Source: Emiliania huxleyi CCMP1516
Lineage: Eukaryota
NCBI RefSeq assembly: GCF_000372725.1
Contig: NW_005201912.1
Span: 253,711-317,710, forward strand
Length of the DNA: 64,000 nt
Reading direction: 5' to 3'
Below, in pieces: positions 1 to 11,741 of the stretch (position 1 is its first letter; every line of letters begins with the position of its first letter). The notes beneath the pieces are model-generated. The model made no database searches. It saw nothing but the letters and a program-made list of their open reading frames with translations, and was not told the origin of the DNA. The position numbers and the translations under genes were made by a program.

Positions 1-64
1 CGCGGCACACCGCCCACCGCCCTCTTGCCGCCTCCCTCGAGCCTCGTCGGGACCTCGCCTGCAG

Positions 65-923
65 GTGGAGCAGCAGTTCAAGATGTGGGGCATCCAGCAC
101 CTCTCCGCCTTCTTCGTGCGCGCGGGCTACCGGCAGCTGGTCGACCTGATCCACCTGTCCAAGCAGGACATCATGGCCCTCGGCGTCACAAAGGACGCCG
201 AGGTGCGGCGCGCGGTGCAGCTCGTCGAGCGGCTCAAGCAGGAGCACCGCAAGGAGTCTCTCGAGATGGAGCAGCTGTGAACAGCGTCTCTTCACACCTG
301 CAGCTGTGAACAGGAGCACCGCAAGGAGTCTCTCGAGATGGAGCAGCTGTGAACAGCGTCTCTTCACACCTGCAGCTGTGAACAGGAGCACCGCAAGGAG
401 TCTCTCGAGATGGACGCGCTCTTCGTCGACCCCGACTCTGTCGACGTCAAGACGTGGCTCGAGAAGCGGTCGCTCGGCGAGTTTGCGAAGCTGGTGGCTG
501 TGAACGGCGTCTCTTCACACCTTTAGCTGTGAACAGGTCGCTCGGCGAGTTTGCAAAGCTGTATATCTCCCCATATCTCCCCACATCTCCCCATATCTCC
601 CCAGGTCGCTCGGCGAGTTTGCAAAGCTGTTCGAGCGGCACCGGGTCGACTTCGAGGTGCTCGGCGACCTCACCTACGAGGACCTCAAGGAGATGGGCCT
701 CAACGAGGTCGGGCCGCGCCGCCGCATCCACCGCCAGATCGTGCAGTGGCGCGACGACCGCGAGGCCAAGAAGGCGGACGCCATCCGGTCGCGGATGCAG
801 GTGCAAGAGAACAAGGCCTACCTCGAGAGCCAGCAGCAGAACGTCGACGACCGGCTGCAGCACCTCAAGGCGTCGCTCGGCGAGTCGGGGTACGTCACCG
901 GGTTGCGCCCGTCAAGCGGCTGA
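65..923 (+). CDS. SAM-domain protein, 3' exons (65-241, 386-468, 605-923); 5' part lies outside the window
   Basis: Splicing gives VKTWLEKRSLGEFAKLFERHRVDFEVLGDLTYEDLKEMGLNEVGPRRRIHRQI, a typical SAM domain. It is preceded by a second SAM-like unit (WGIQHLSAFFVRAGYRQLVDLIHLSKQDIMALGV). CAG acceptor at 62-64. Confidence 0.85.
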
Positions 924-1782
924 GGAGCGCGGGCGAGGGGGCGGCGCAGCGCCGCGCTGTGCGTGCGAAGCACAGCGGGGGCCAGCCGTGGGGAGGCGGT
1001 GCCACCGCAGAGGAGGAGAGGGGCAGCCCCTGCCGCTTGCGTGTGGGTGGGCGCTGGGCGAGAGGGGCCCACTACGCACGGCGGGCGAGGTGAGAGTACC
1101 TAGCGGAAGCTGACTGACGAGGCGTAATCACGTGTCGACTGTCGTGTGTGTTCGTCTCTCTTTTTGGGGTGTGTGTGTGTGTTTCGGCGTGTCTGCGCCC
1201 GGCTGTGTGTGAATAGAGTCGCATCGTGGCTCGCCACACGGCTCTTAGCCTCTACGCGAGAAACAACACCATGTACTCTACACCCCGAGCCCAACCCCCG
1301 GCAGCCCCGCACCTCGCCGCGTCCGCACCGTCTCACAGACACCTTACGTTAGTCCCCTTACACACCGAGTCCACCACGCACCAGACTCCAGAGGAGTGTG
1401 TGCAGTGCAGTGCAGACGGGCCAGCCTGCCAAAAAGAATAAAGAAGCTGCTCGCCATTAGATTGCACGTGCGCGACTCAGCGAGCGACGGGGGGGGGAGG
1501 GAGCCGGTATCGACGAAAGGGACCGCTAGCAGGAGACGGTGCCCAGCCCTACAGGTAGTGAACGATCGTCTTACACACATCAACTGCACATGCACATGCG
1601 CGCACTTCCAGTAGCGGCGCAACACGACGCCGAGCAACCGACGTCGGCACATACAGCTATATCATACTGACTAACAGCTAACTACTCAAGTATTGATATT
1701 AAACACGGCCATGCTCATACACCATTTTGGACAGATCTTATGTGGCGAGCACAATCGTCGCGCTCTAACGTAGCAAGGGTGG

Positions 1783-2991
1783 CTAAAGTCCTCGCCGGGC
1801 GGCTCGAAGGGCATCTTCGTGTGCAGCACACGCGCCCGAGCCTGCCTCCGTGGTAGGGGGCGGGGGAGTTGGCTCTCGGCGGTGACGGCGCAGGGTGGCA
1901 TTGTGCTGCAGGCTGAGTTGCCACGCAATTGCGAAGTATTCAGTGTTGTCACGCACGATTGCCACGTGCACCTTCGGAGGGCCTTCCTCAAACGTGTTGA
2001 TGCTCCCTTGCACGCGTGCGAGCACGTCGCGCACGTCGAGGATGTCGTCCTCCACACAGGCATCAGGTTGGGCGTCGCTCGCCATCCAGGGGTGAGACGA
2101 AGACACGCTCTCGTCCACAACAGCTGTCTGCAGGTTAAGCATGTCCTCTTCTGACAGGCCCTGCGAGACGGAGTCGAGGTAGAGCATGCGGCCCACCTGA
2201 TCCAGAAGCGTCGGGTGGAGCAGTCGCGCCTTGACATCTGCCAGGCTGAGGGCGAACGGCTCAGCAGCAGAAGCCAGTAGGCGGGCCGCAGCAGCGGCAG
2301 TGAGTGCACTCCCGTTGGCGCTCGCGGTCGGCTGCATGTCCAAGTGCGCCGCGAAGAGGGTGCGCATCTCGTTGCCTCCCAGCGCGCTCGCAACCTCTTT
2401 TGCAGCCGGGCAGCCGTGCAGGTCGATGAGAACCGAGCGCCCTGTGTAGCCATCGAGGCCGGTTTGTAGCACCTGGCCCGTGGGCAGCACACCGGTGCGG
2501 ATCGAATGCACGCACTCCGCATATGTCAGTGGGTTGGTCACTGACGGCGCCGGCCCGTCGTTGTGTGCCGTGAGAGCCTGCTCAATCGCCATGTCGTCCT
2601 CGGGGCCATATTCCGGACCGTAGAGCAGCTTATTCATCCAATCCATGCGCGCCGCCTTGGAACGATCGCGGCGGATGCAGAACCAGATGTTCTGGCAGAC
2701 AGGCGACGGCTTCTGCGTGGTTCCTGACACGAACATGGAGTGCGGCTTCCAGAACCCTTGGGAGGTGGCGAGGGAGGCGAGCTTGGCGACGGAGAGGTTC
2801 AGAGGTGTGAAGCCTTGATCGTGGTCGAAGTACTCCATCTCGGGCAGCAGGTTCGCGCGCGTCAGCAGGGGCACCTTCCGCTTCTCGCCTGGTCCGGCGT
2901 GCGCCTTTTCGCTAGCTTCCCCACCCTCGTTTTCGTGCGCCGTCGAGCGGTAGTGCTTGAAGGCGGCTTTGAGGTAGTCCGGCGTGAGCAT
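1783..2991 (-). CDS. Hypothetical protein (402-aa intronless ORF), possibly transposon-derived
   Basis: ATG-initiated ORF with normal amino-acid complexity; no motif recognised. Confidence 0.4.
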   Translation of the reverse strand: MLTPDYLKAAFKHYRSTAHENEGGEASEKAHAGPGEKRKVPLLTRANLLPEMEYFDHDQGFTPLNLSVAKLASLATSQGFWKPHSMFVSGTTQKPSPVCQNIWFCIRRDRSKAARMDWMNKLLYGPEYGPEDDMAIEQALTAHNDGPAPSVTNPLTYAECVHSIRTGVLPTGQVLQTGLDGYTGRSVLIDLHGCPAAKEVASALGGNEMRTLFAAHLDMQPTASANGSALTAAAAARLLASAAEPFALSLADVKARLLHPTLLDQVGRMLYLDSVSQGLSEEDMLNLQTAVVDESVSSSHPWMASDAQPDACVEDDILDVRDVLARVQGSINTFEEGPPKVHVAIVRDNTEYFAIAWQLSLQHNATLRRHRREPTPPPPTTEAGSGACAAHEDALRAARRGL

Positions 2992-5116
2992 CTGGCCGAC
3001 CCGCGTGTGGTGACCAACAACAAAAGTTTCGACATGCCTTACTAGATCATTCAGTTGAGTACAAGGATTAGCCCCACCGACGGCCGCTGATCTGCCGCAT
3101 GTTGTTAGTAGCTGAGGACTTGTTGAGTAGCGCGTCTCTGAAGATGTTCATATTGGAACAGTGTGCATACTTCCGTGTCAGTAGATGTGCGTGGTGACTC
3201 GGTTTCCTTGACAAACATTCTTCACTGAAAAGTGTTTTTCTTTCAAAGCCAGTGCGCGCGAGTCCCGTGCCCCGTGTCGTGCAGAACGCCAATGCTCAAA
3301 TTCTTATTCGACGCGAGACGCGGCGCCGGCGCCGACTCGATCGCTCGCGTTTGGTGACCTGCTTTGCCAAACGCACCATCTTTGACAATCACGACGGCAG
3401 CTGTTGTGTCTCAGAGATTGACAGCTGCCGTCGTGGTTGCACTCGCTCGTAGCCCACCTGGCTCGCAGCCGGTCCGCTCGACGCGAATCGCCACGAACGT
3501 CGACTTCGAGGTGCTGCCTAGAGCTATGCGCTGTAGTTGCAGCGCCGCGCGTACCTCTCAGCACCGCGCCAAAGCAGCACACCATCCTCCGCTGGTAGCG
3601 TGCGCGTGGATTGCACAGGCGCACAGCTCTCTCTCAGCCATCGCGAAACGGCTGTGCTTTGACGTTTGAGGTCAGCAAAACGCCACCGAGCGCGGTGCCG
3701 AGCCGTGCTGCTGCTGCCCGCTAGCAGACAGTGCATCAGCGGGGCTGTGGCCTCATTTTGCCAGATTTTAGCGATAGTGCTTGCATATAGTATATGCGAG
3801 CACCTATCTCGCTACCGTTGCGGATTGAGGTCCCGCGCACCTGTTTTTCGGAACCACCACAGCTAGCTGTGGTGGTGGGAGTGGTAGAGGATGCGATAGA
3901 GGATTAGAAGTGTGATGTTACAATGATTGACACATGAATATCAAACATACTAGCAAGCTAACAAGGAAAAAAAAACTGTTCAGTTTTCAAAGGCAGCTAG
4001 CGACTGTGATAAGCCGACTAAGCATGATATATTGAAAATCATTGCAATGAAACATGGTACATGCGATGCTTGATCTTCTTCTTTATACTTTCGTTCAATT
4101 TACTTTAGTTCAGGTTCTCTATTAGCGCGCCTACCGCCCTGGGTGGTGGTGGGCAATTCAGGAAATGATGTCATAATGGTTGGGTAGTAGGGCTAGAGGG
4201 TCGCTCTACACTTAGCCTCTGCAGCGAGCGAGCGCTCAACTTAGCTCCCGCACGGAGCCGGGCTCAGACTTAGACGCTGGAAGGCCGGGGGCCATGAACT
4301 TAGACGACACGAGGCCAACTCCGGGTAAAACCCGGGTATACCTGCAAAAGTCCAGGTTTACCCGAAAAATACCTGGACGCGGTCCCGACTAGCGTATGCC
4401 GCGCACGACGCCATATCGCCGTCTCCCAGGGCCAGTGCGCTACTTGCGGCGCGCAACGCCTGCTCAAGTACGCGCACCCGTACCATGTGCTGCCGCTATG
4501 CGTGCCTTAAGGCGGCTGCGGCGAAGCGGCGGGCGCGGCATGCCGATGGCAGTGCGGACGATGCGGTTGCGATGTGTTCTGCTTCAAGATCGTGGCGGTG
4601 CTTGGCATGCACTTCTGCGATCCCAATCAGCTCATCGCAACGAAGCAGCGCAACAAGCTGGCTGCTGCCAACAAGGCCCTATGCTACCTCACGCGCGGAT
4701 CGTTCAAAGAGGACCAGCATACACAGGCTTCTCTGACATGCGTTTGTTTGAGCTTGAGGCTATTTGTGAGAACTATTTGGCTAGATGTCGCCGAAGTGCG
4801 CTCAAGAAGCAGCAACGAGAATCGGAAGAGGAGGATGCTGAGGCGGCGATTGCTGAGCATGAGGAGGATCGATCGCCCGCCGCGCAGGCGAAGAAAATTT
4901 GGGCGCGAGCGCCGTATATCGCGTGCCATGGCCGACTTAGCCGGTGTAAGAGGCTCCCGCTGATCTTAGACCGCGTAAGCACTCCAGCGTGGCTAGCCAC
5001 ACTTAGACCCGTTAAGCCGCGAGGCTCAGAACTTAGACTACTACTGTCATGGGGGAGTGGCGGCACCTCACTCAGCTTTTGGTCGCCAGTTCGAATCTGC
5101 TCAGAGGAGTCGTCAG

Positions 5117-5203
5117 GAGAGGGTAGCAGAGAGGGTAGCAGAGAGGGTAGCAGAGAGGGTAGCAGAGAGGGTAGCAGAGAGGGTAGCAGAGAGGGTAGCA
5201 GAG
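5117..5203. repeat. 12-bp tandem repeat (GAGAGGGTAGCA) x~7
   Basis: Read directly; lies just upstream of the likely DTW start codon. Confidence 0.95.
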
Positions 5204-5214
5204 CGGACGAGCAC

Positions 5215-6246
5215 ATGGCTGAGTTGCTTGCACCCGAGCCGTCGGCGGAGGCGGCGGGTGGACAGCTGTTCCGCGTCGGCGATATATCCTCTGCGGCTGC
5301 GATCGCCAAGGCGCGGCGGTCCGACTTCCGAGAGGTTTTTGATGAGCGTGACAGGGAGGGTGATGCGCGCCTTGCGAAGCTGAAGCTGGCGCCCCTCGGC
5401 CAAGAGAGTCCTGGCAGGGAGCGATGCTCGGGCTGTGGCGTGATGCGCTCGGCCTTCTGCTCTGAGTGTCTTGCCATGCTGCCCGGGCAGGCCCGGCCGG
5501 AGATAGCGAAGTTGCCTTTCCGCTTCGTGATCATCACACACCCAAAGGAGCCGCGCAGCCGGAGCACGGGTGTGCACGCGGCGGTGCTGGCGGCCGGCTG
5601 CGTCACACTGAGGACGTTCGACAAGGGCGACGAGGCCTGCCTGCCACCGGAGCTCTTCCCAGCGGGAAGAACCTTCCTGCTGTTCCCGTCCGATGACGCT
5701 CTGACAGTGCCGCAGCTTGCGGCGAAGAGGGAACCGGCGGGGACAAAGGCACCGGCGAAGGCGCGGGTGCAGGAGGGCGATGGTGCAGATGAGGATGGAA
5801 ACGCTGGCCGCCTCGTCGTGGTGGTGATTGACTCAACGTGGAGCCAGGCCAGGCAAATCATGGGCCACCCTTGCCTCCAAGCGTTGCCCAGGGTTGCAGT
5901 TGCGAGCCACCGGACGGCATTCTGGCGGAGACAGCATCTAGGGGAGAACTACCTGGCCACTGTGGAGGCTGTCTACTACGTCTGCACCGAGTCCCACGGC
6001 GACGCCTACGATGGCCGCTATGACAACCTCCTCTTCTTCTTTGTCAAGTTCCGCAGCTTGGTACGGCAGCGGATCGGCACTATCCCGTGCCCCACTGAGG
6101 CCAAAGGCAAGGTGTGCACCAAGCTCCAGTGCCAGCACTCGCACTCGCTCTCGCTTGGCGCTGATGATCACGGTCGCAAGCAGCCGGTGCTGCTGGAGAG
6201 CTCTGAGGGGCCGACAGAGACGCTGCCAGTCTCAGGAGCCGAGTGA
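5215..6246 (+). CDS. DTW-domain protein (tRNA-uridine aminocarboxypropyltransferase, DTWD1-like)
   Basis: CxxC..CxxC, HPKE..STG, LLFPS, VVIDSTW, LATVEA and YDNLLFFF motifs. ATG 5215 is preferred to 4396. Confidence 0.85.
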   Translation: MAELLAPEPSAEAAGGQLFRVGDISSAAAIAKARRSDFREVFDERDREGDARLAKLKLAPLGQESPGRERCSGCGVMRSAFCSECLAMLPGQARPEIAKLPFRFVIITHPKEPRSRSTGVHAAVLAAGCVTLRTFDKGDEACLPPELFPAGRTFLLFPSDDALTVPQLAAKREPAGTKAPAKARVQEGDGADEDGNAGRLVVVVIDSTWSQARQIMGHPCLQALPRVAVASHRTAFWRRQHLGENYLATVEAVYYVCTESHGDAYDGRYDNLLFFFVKFRSLVRQRIGTIPCPTEAKGKVCTKLQCQHSHSLSLGADDHGRKQPVLLESSEGPTETLPVSGAE

Positions 6247-6827
6247 GCCATTCGCTGCCCCATAGAGCAGGTCATAAGTCATATATTAGGCGAGATATTA
6301 GGTGTGTGCGGTGACTGGATCCACTGCTGTATTGTGTTAATTTGTGTTATGTGTGTGTTATATTTGTGTAAACATACAGCGCGCAGCACGGTGTGACTCC
6401 TCCCCGGGTCAGTGGTGTCCGGAAACTACCGTACGTGAAACACGCATTGCGGCACTGTGGTATCGGGCGAAAAAAAATTCACGACGAGGTCCCCCGAGAC
6501 GACAGGTCCGACCGCGACGAGGTGTCCAATCAGAGCCTAAGTAGGTAGGGAAAATCCCGGTCATCAGTATCATTAAATGGACTTGGAAACGACCTCGGAG
6601 GCATGCTCGGACGATCAGCGTACAACCGTACAACGCGTGGACTTGCGCCTTGTATTTTGCGGCTAACTTCTATTGTTAGGCCCCCCCCGCGGCCCCGCTT
6701 GCCCCCCTCGCGCAGCCTCGCGGCCTCTTCCCATGTACTCGAGTACTCGTTCTGCATGTCGCGCACCAGAACGACGGGAGGTACTGTACCGATGGCAACT
6801 AGGATGAGGATGTGTCTTGTTCGGGCC

Positions 6828-6828
<1 letters not shown>

Positions 6829-6917
<89 letters not shown>
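6829..6917. repeat. (GT)n microsatellite
   Basis: About 44 GT units read directly. Confidence 0.98.
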
Positions 6918-6918
<1 letters not shown>

Positions 6919-7144
6919 CGCGCGGCTCCTGGGAGACCACAGGGGGGTCGGGGAGAGCGACGCGTGCATAAAGCCGTATACGGCTTTACTTGAAGACGGC
7001 CGCAGACGTGTCAAGGCGGCGGTTTTGCAGGAATGCACCCAGCTCAAAGCTCAATGCACAATGGCAATGGAATGTCGAGCCATACATACCTTTCGCATGA
7101 ACGGCACATGGCGCTTTCCCACGTCCCAAGCGCCGTTCCAACCG

Positions 7145-7825
7145 CTACATATTGCACCTCTCTGCGGCAAAGTATGCCGCATCAAACCGGAAGCGCTCGA
7201 GCTCACAGAGGTGCGGAAGCAATGTCTCCAGCCTGGCCAGCGCCTCGTGCTGCTGCGCCACGATGCTTGGATCCACGACGGGCCCGCGTGGCTTTGCATT
7301 TTGCGCCGACAGTGCGGCGTTCTCGAGCATCCGCCATGTGTCCACCTCGCTCTCGGCGAGAGTTCCCGAGCACCGCGCGCATTCGCATGTGAAGCCCCAG
7401 CGAGAGTGTAGCTCCGACTGGCGCATCTCACGTGCAGCGAAGAGGACGGTGGCGCTGTAGCACAGCACGATCTCCTCCTCTGCTGCCACGTCGCATGCCA
7501 CGATTACGTGGGCAAATTCCTCATTGTCGCACAGACGGATCGACGCGTTCGGCACACACGAGTGGTTAATGAGTGAAATGCGCCGGAAGAGGAGGCAACC
7601 CGCTGGATGCACAAAGTGGTTCTGTGCGATCTGCGACGCGGCCTCGCTACCACAGAGGCCTTCAAGGGCATCGGACGAGCTGGCGAGGTGAGCCAGTTCC
7701 ATACAGCTCGACGCTTGAAGGGGAGCTTCGCTCATGACGCATGTGCCTGCTGTCATTTGTCGAGCTGCGAAAACGCCACGGCCCGCGTTCGCCGTTTGCC
7801 GCACGATGTACGTGCAGTCGCTCAT
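7145..7825 (-). CDS. SET-domain (SMYD-like) lysine methyltransferase
   Basis: GRGVFA, INHSCVPN, EEIVLCY and post-SET WGFTCECARC motifs. Confidence 0.9.
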   Translation of the reverse strand: MSDCTYIVRQTANAGRGVFAARQMTAGTCVMSEAPLQASSCMELAHLASSSDALEGLCGSEAASQIAQNHFVHPAGCLLFRRISLINHSCVPNASIRLCDNEEFAHVIVACDVAAEEEIVLCYSATVLFAAREMRQSELHSRWGFTCECARCSGTLAESEVDTWRMLENAALSAQNAKPRGPVVDPSIVAQQHEALARLETLLPHLCELERFRFDAAYFAAERCNM

Positions 7826-7995
7826 TTCACAACCCCGTCCTCACGATTGTCGGCCGCGCTGTCGCGAACTGCGGCTCTGCAGGCCAAAAGGCCCCTCCCT
7901 CACGATATCGCCGCTGTGCTTGCACTAGCGCATCGCTGGACTCGCTACGGCAGGCGCATTGCTCATCGGTACGAAGGCACACCCAAGTCAGGCGG

Positions 7996-8122
7996 CTTGC
8001 TGATGATTTGCTGATTGATGACTTGCTGATGACTTGCTGATTATTTGCTGTTGCCTTGCTGATGACTTGCTGATGACTTGTGGATGATTTGCTGATGCCT
8101 TGCTGATGACTTGCTGATGACT
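7996..8122. repeat. Degenerate 11-bp tandem repeat (TTGCTGATGAC)n
   Basis: Read directly, upstream of the SET gene. Confidence 0.85.
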
Positions 8123-8542
8123 CGGTGGTGGTGTACTCATGACTTTCTCGTGGCTTGCTTGTGGCTCTGCGCATAGTCCGCTGATGGTTAGCCCGTCGTT
8201 TGCTCACAGCATCCTGATTGCTGAGTGCATCGCGGCTCCCTGATTGCTGATTACATCACGCAGGGGCGTTTCCTCGATAACCCGAATTATCTCCCGCGCT
8301 TTTTCACACCGCCGAACTTCGAGGCCGGGCGGTTTACACGTTAGACAGTCGTGTGTGTACGTGACGGGTGGTGTCGTAGTGTCCGTGTCCACTAGCTCCG
8401 AGTAGAGGGGGCGTTCTGCAGTTAAGGGGAAACCCGGTACACGGAGCCCTCTCGGAGACCCGTGTTTACTTTACAGCCCTTGCCCTGCGAATGCGCACCC
8501 CCCCTAGCTAGGGGTCAGGGCTCTCTAGCCCGTAGCCCGATG

Positions 8543-8628
8543 CCGATCATCCGGCTCGCTGGGTGCGCTTCTCAGCTCCCCGGCCCTGGATGTGAGGTTA
8601 ATGACTGCACTCCAAGTGCTCCAAGTGC
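8543..8628. repeat. Dispersed 86-bp element, copy 1 (ends GCACTCCAAGTGCTCCAAGTGC)
   Basis: Near-identical to 29405-29490; 3' part recurs at 63820-63861. Confidence 0.9.
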
Positions 8629-9003
8629 CGCCACCACACAGGGATTTTAAGGAGAGGAGTGTGATGCGCTAGCCGTCGCCCACCCTGGGGAGTCTGCCTC
8701 TTCGTATCTCTTTTCGCAGTCTCTCGCCGCTTCTCGCTGCAACCTTCATGCCACCTCGCGGCCGTCCCACTCTCGTCGCTCTCTCCCTTGTCACTTCCTT
8801 CCTCCTCTGCCGCGTCGTTCTCTTCTGCCTCGTCCTGCGGCGCCGCCGCCTGCCGGTCCCTTGTTCTCGCGGCTTCTTTCGCCTTTCGGCGCAACTCCGT
8901 CCTCCTCGCGGCGTATCCTGGCCCCTCGAGTCTATCGAGCTCCCCTCGCGCAAGGACCACAGTCAAAGGGGGAAGAAAAACGTAAAAATTCTCTTCCGAC
9001 GGA

Positions 9004-9646
9004 ATGGCAGCTTCGCCTTGCGGCGATCCGTGGAGTCTCCACTCCCTCTCCGTCCTCACCGAGTCCGTTCGCTGCCAGCTGCTCGCGCTCGAGGAGGCTG
9101 CCTTCCCGCCCTGCGAGCGACTCGGCACCGCCGGCCTCGCGGCGTTCGTGCTGCAGCGCACCAATGGGATGGTCGTCGCGGAGGCGCCGTCGCGCCGCGC
9201 CGTCCTAGGATTTTGCCTCTACTCGCGCGCCGCCTCGAGCGCCCTCATCACAAAGGTGGCGGTCGGCGCCGCTTCGCGGGGCAGAGGCGTCGGCTCGGCG
9301 CTGGTGGCTCGCGCGCTGCAGGAGATCGTGACGTCGAGCCGGCGGCCGCCGGGCGAGGTGCTCCTACACGTGGACCCTGAGCGCAAGGGCGCGCTGCGTA
9401 TGTACGAACGGCGCGTTCAGTGCGGTGCCGCGCTGGCGGCGGCGGCGGCGCGCTCCGACCAATCGTGTTGCGCAAAATAGGTTCGGGTTCGAGGCGGCAG
9501 AGCGGCTGCCGGGGTACTACCCGGACGAGCACCCGCCCTACCGCGGCCGCGACGCCCTGCTGATGCGTCTCGACACCGCGACGCTGTCGCGCGCCTCACC
9601 ACCCCGCGGCCGCAGCGCGAGTGGCTCTGCTGCTGGGGGCGGATGA
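9004..9646 (+). CDS. GNAT (RimI-like) N-acetyltransferase; intron 9411-9480 (GC-AG, 70 nt)
   Basis: Acetyl-CoA motif VAVGAASRGRGVGSALV; splicing restores LHVD...ALRMYER|FGFE...GYY. Confidence 0.85.
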
Positions 9647-9877
9647 TCCGACCTCCGCGGCGGGGCTGTGCGTGCGTGTGTGCGTGTGTGCGCGATCGGC
9701 CCTCGCTCCCGCGCGTGGGTAGGTGGTCGACCCACGGGGAGGGGAGATGGGGTTGGTGGCGATGGAGAGGTGATGGTGGAGGGTCAACTCTTTGGCTGGG
9801 CGAGGAAGTGTGGTGACTGTGAACGTTGGTTGTAAATTTATCCGTTGTGCACTCAAAGTACAAAGAGCCGTCTGAGC

Positions 9878-11741
9878 TCACAAAAGTTGTTGCTGCTGAT
9901 TGGTCTGGTGCCCTTTTCGGAGGAGTGTCTGGTGCGCCTCGCTGGCGCCACCACCCGCGTCCGTCCTCGAGCCGTCGCTGTCGTCGTCTGCGCAGTCCTC
10001 TCGCTCGCTGTCCTTGGCGTCGCCGCTGTCGCCGGCCGTGCGCACGCCCCCCTTCGCCGCCGCCGCCGGCCGCACCTCTGGCCGGCGGCTTGCGCGGTAC
10101 CGGAGTCCGATCTGCGCGCCCAGCGCCAGGAAGACGATGCCGATACCGAGCAGCTCCATCGGCACGACCTACCAGGACGGTTCCGAGAAGGTTCCGAGAA
10201 GGTTCAAGAAGCCGATGCCGAGCAGCAGCTCCGTCGGCGCGACCTCGTGGCCGAACTGGACAAAGGAGTTGAAGATGGAGAGCAGCTGGCGCACCTGAGA
10301 ACCAGCCGCCATGGCATCAGTCTGCGGCCTGCCGCCTCTTTGACCCGCCGGAGGGCTGGCCCGCCGTCTGGATGGTTGCGAAGACCAGCGGGCCGTACGT
10401 CTTGATGGTGTGAAAGATGAAGAGCTGACCTGCGGCGGGCCATCGAGGATGAATGGAGAATCGCCACCAGGGGTCTCGACGGTGCGGGGAGGGGAGGCCG
10501 ACGGCTCTCGGCGATCTCGGCGACTCTCGGCTACTCTCGGCGACTCTCGGCGAGTCTCGGCTGGTTGGTGGCCGATGGCGGAGCAGACGGCCATGAGGAA
10601 AATGTGCGGCAGTATGGCGGGGTTCTCGCTGACGAAGCGAGACACGTCCGCGAGCTCCCAAGTGAGGCAGAGGCCGAGGGCGGTGAAGGCGGTCGAGAAG
10701 AGGTTCGTGTACACCATCATCGTGATGGAGCCGACCGAGTACTGCTTGAAGACACGCGACTGGTAGTTTGAGGTGAAGGAGTCGCACACCATGTACGCCG
10801 AGATGAAGCAGACGCCCAGCAGCTCCGTGTCGCGCACGGGTGCCTCGTTGACCTCGTACGTCTTGAAGAGAAAGACGCCTACCCCAATCCCCACCACCCA
10901 TGAATCCTCATGACGACAGTCATGGCCTCGCAAGGCCGGAGGAGAGAGCGCGCCGCTGGTCAGCAGGACGGCGATGGCGTACTCGGCGGCGGGGTAAGTC
11001 TTGCGGGAGACGAAGTAGCCCATCACCATGACCGGCACCATCTTGCACGACTTGGCGAGCACCTACCTTCCGACAGCCTCCCCTCACCTCGGCGCCTCTC
11101 GGCGCCACCTTCCACCGACGAGGTGGCGGGCTGAGGAGAGGAGCAGCCCCCCCTCTGCTGGCGAGAGCAGTGGCCCCAGGTCTAGAGGCGAGCGCCTGCG
11201 TCGGGAAGGAGATGTAGCGCAGCGCCTCGTACTGCGAGACGGACGACAGGATGTTGGAGACCGACGAAAAGGAGAACTGGTACAGCGGCGCGGTGTGGGA
11301 GACGCAGGCGCCCTGCGCGCGCTGGGCCTCGCGGGCGGCGTAGGCGACTAGCAGCGCGAGCGCGCGGTTCGCAAACACGAGGAACTTGGACGAGCGGAAC
11401 AACTCCCCCGTCGCGTACGGCTGCGTCATGATCCGCTCCTGCATGTAGCCCCATAGCACGTAGCTCACGACGATGCCGACGGCGCAAAAGGCGACGTGGA
11501 GCGCCGCCATCACGAAGCTGTCGCCGCTCGGCCGCCCCTTGGCCGACGGCCGCTCGCTCCTCTTCTCCTCCACCGACTTGGCGGGAGGCTCCACGATGAG
11601 TCGGGCGAGCGCCGTCAACACGCCCGGATCGCCGGCCCTGCCCGGCTGCGAGAGGAGCCACTTGGCGAACCCCACAAAGGCGTAGAAGGAGCCGAAGGAG
11701 AGGATGTACGACGCAGTCTCGAGCGGGGCGGAGGCTGGCAT
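9878..11741 (-). CDS. UAA-family (SLC35B, PAPS transporter-like) nucleotide-sugar transporter; introns 11063-11195, 10879-10953, 10430-10572, 10295-10364, 10169-10243
   Basis: WGYMQERIMT, QYEALRYISFPTQ|VLAKSCKMVPVMVMG, DSFTSNYQ and G|QLFIFHTIKTYGPLVFATIQT|VRQLLSI motifs. Confidence 0.9.

Noticed and set aside
3860..4180. AT-rich stretch as a possible RNA gene or origin
   Set aside because: No tRNA, rRNA or other structure recognised.
4396..5214. N-terminal 273 aa of the 616-aa DTW ORF
   Set aside because: Runs through the ACTTAG region and a 12-bp repeat; probably chance read-through upstream of ATG 5215.
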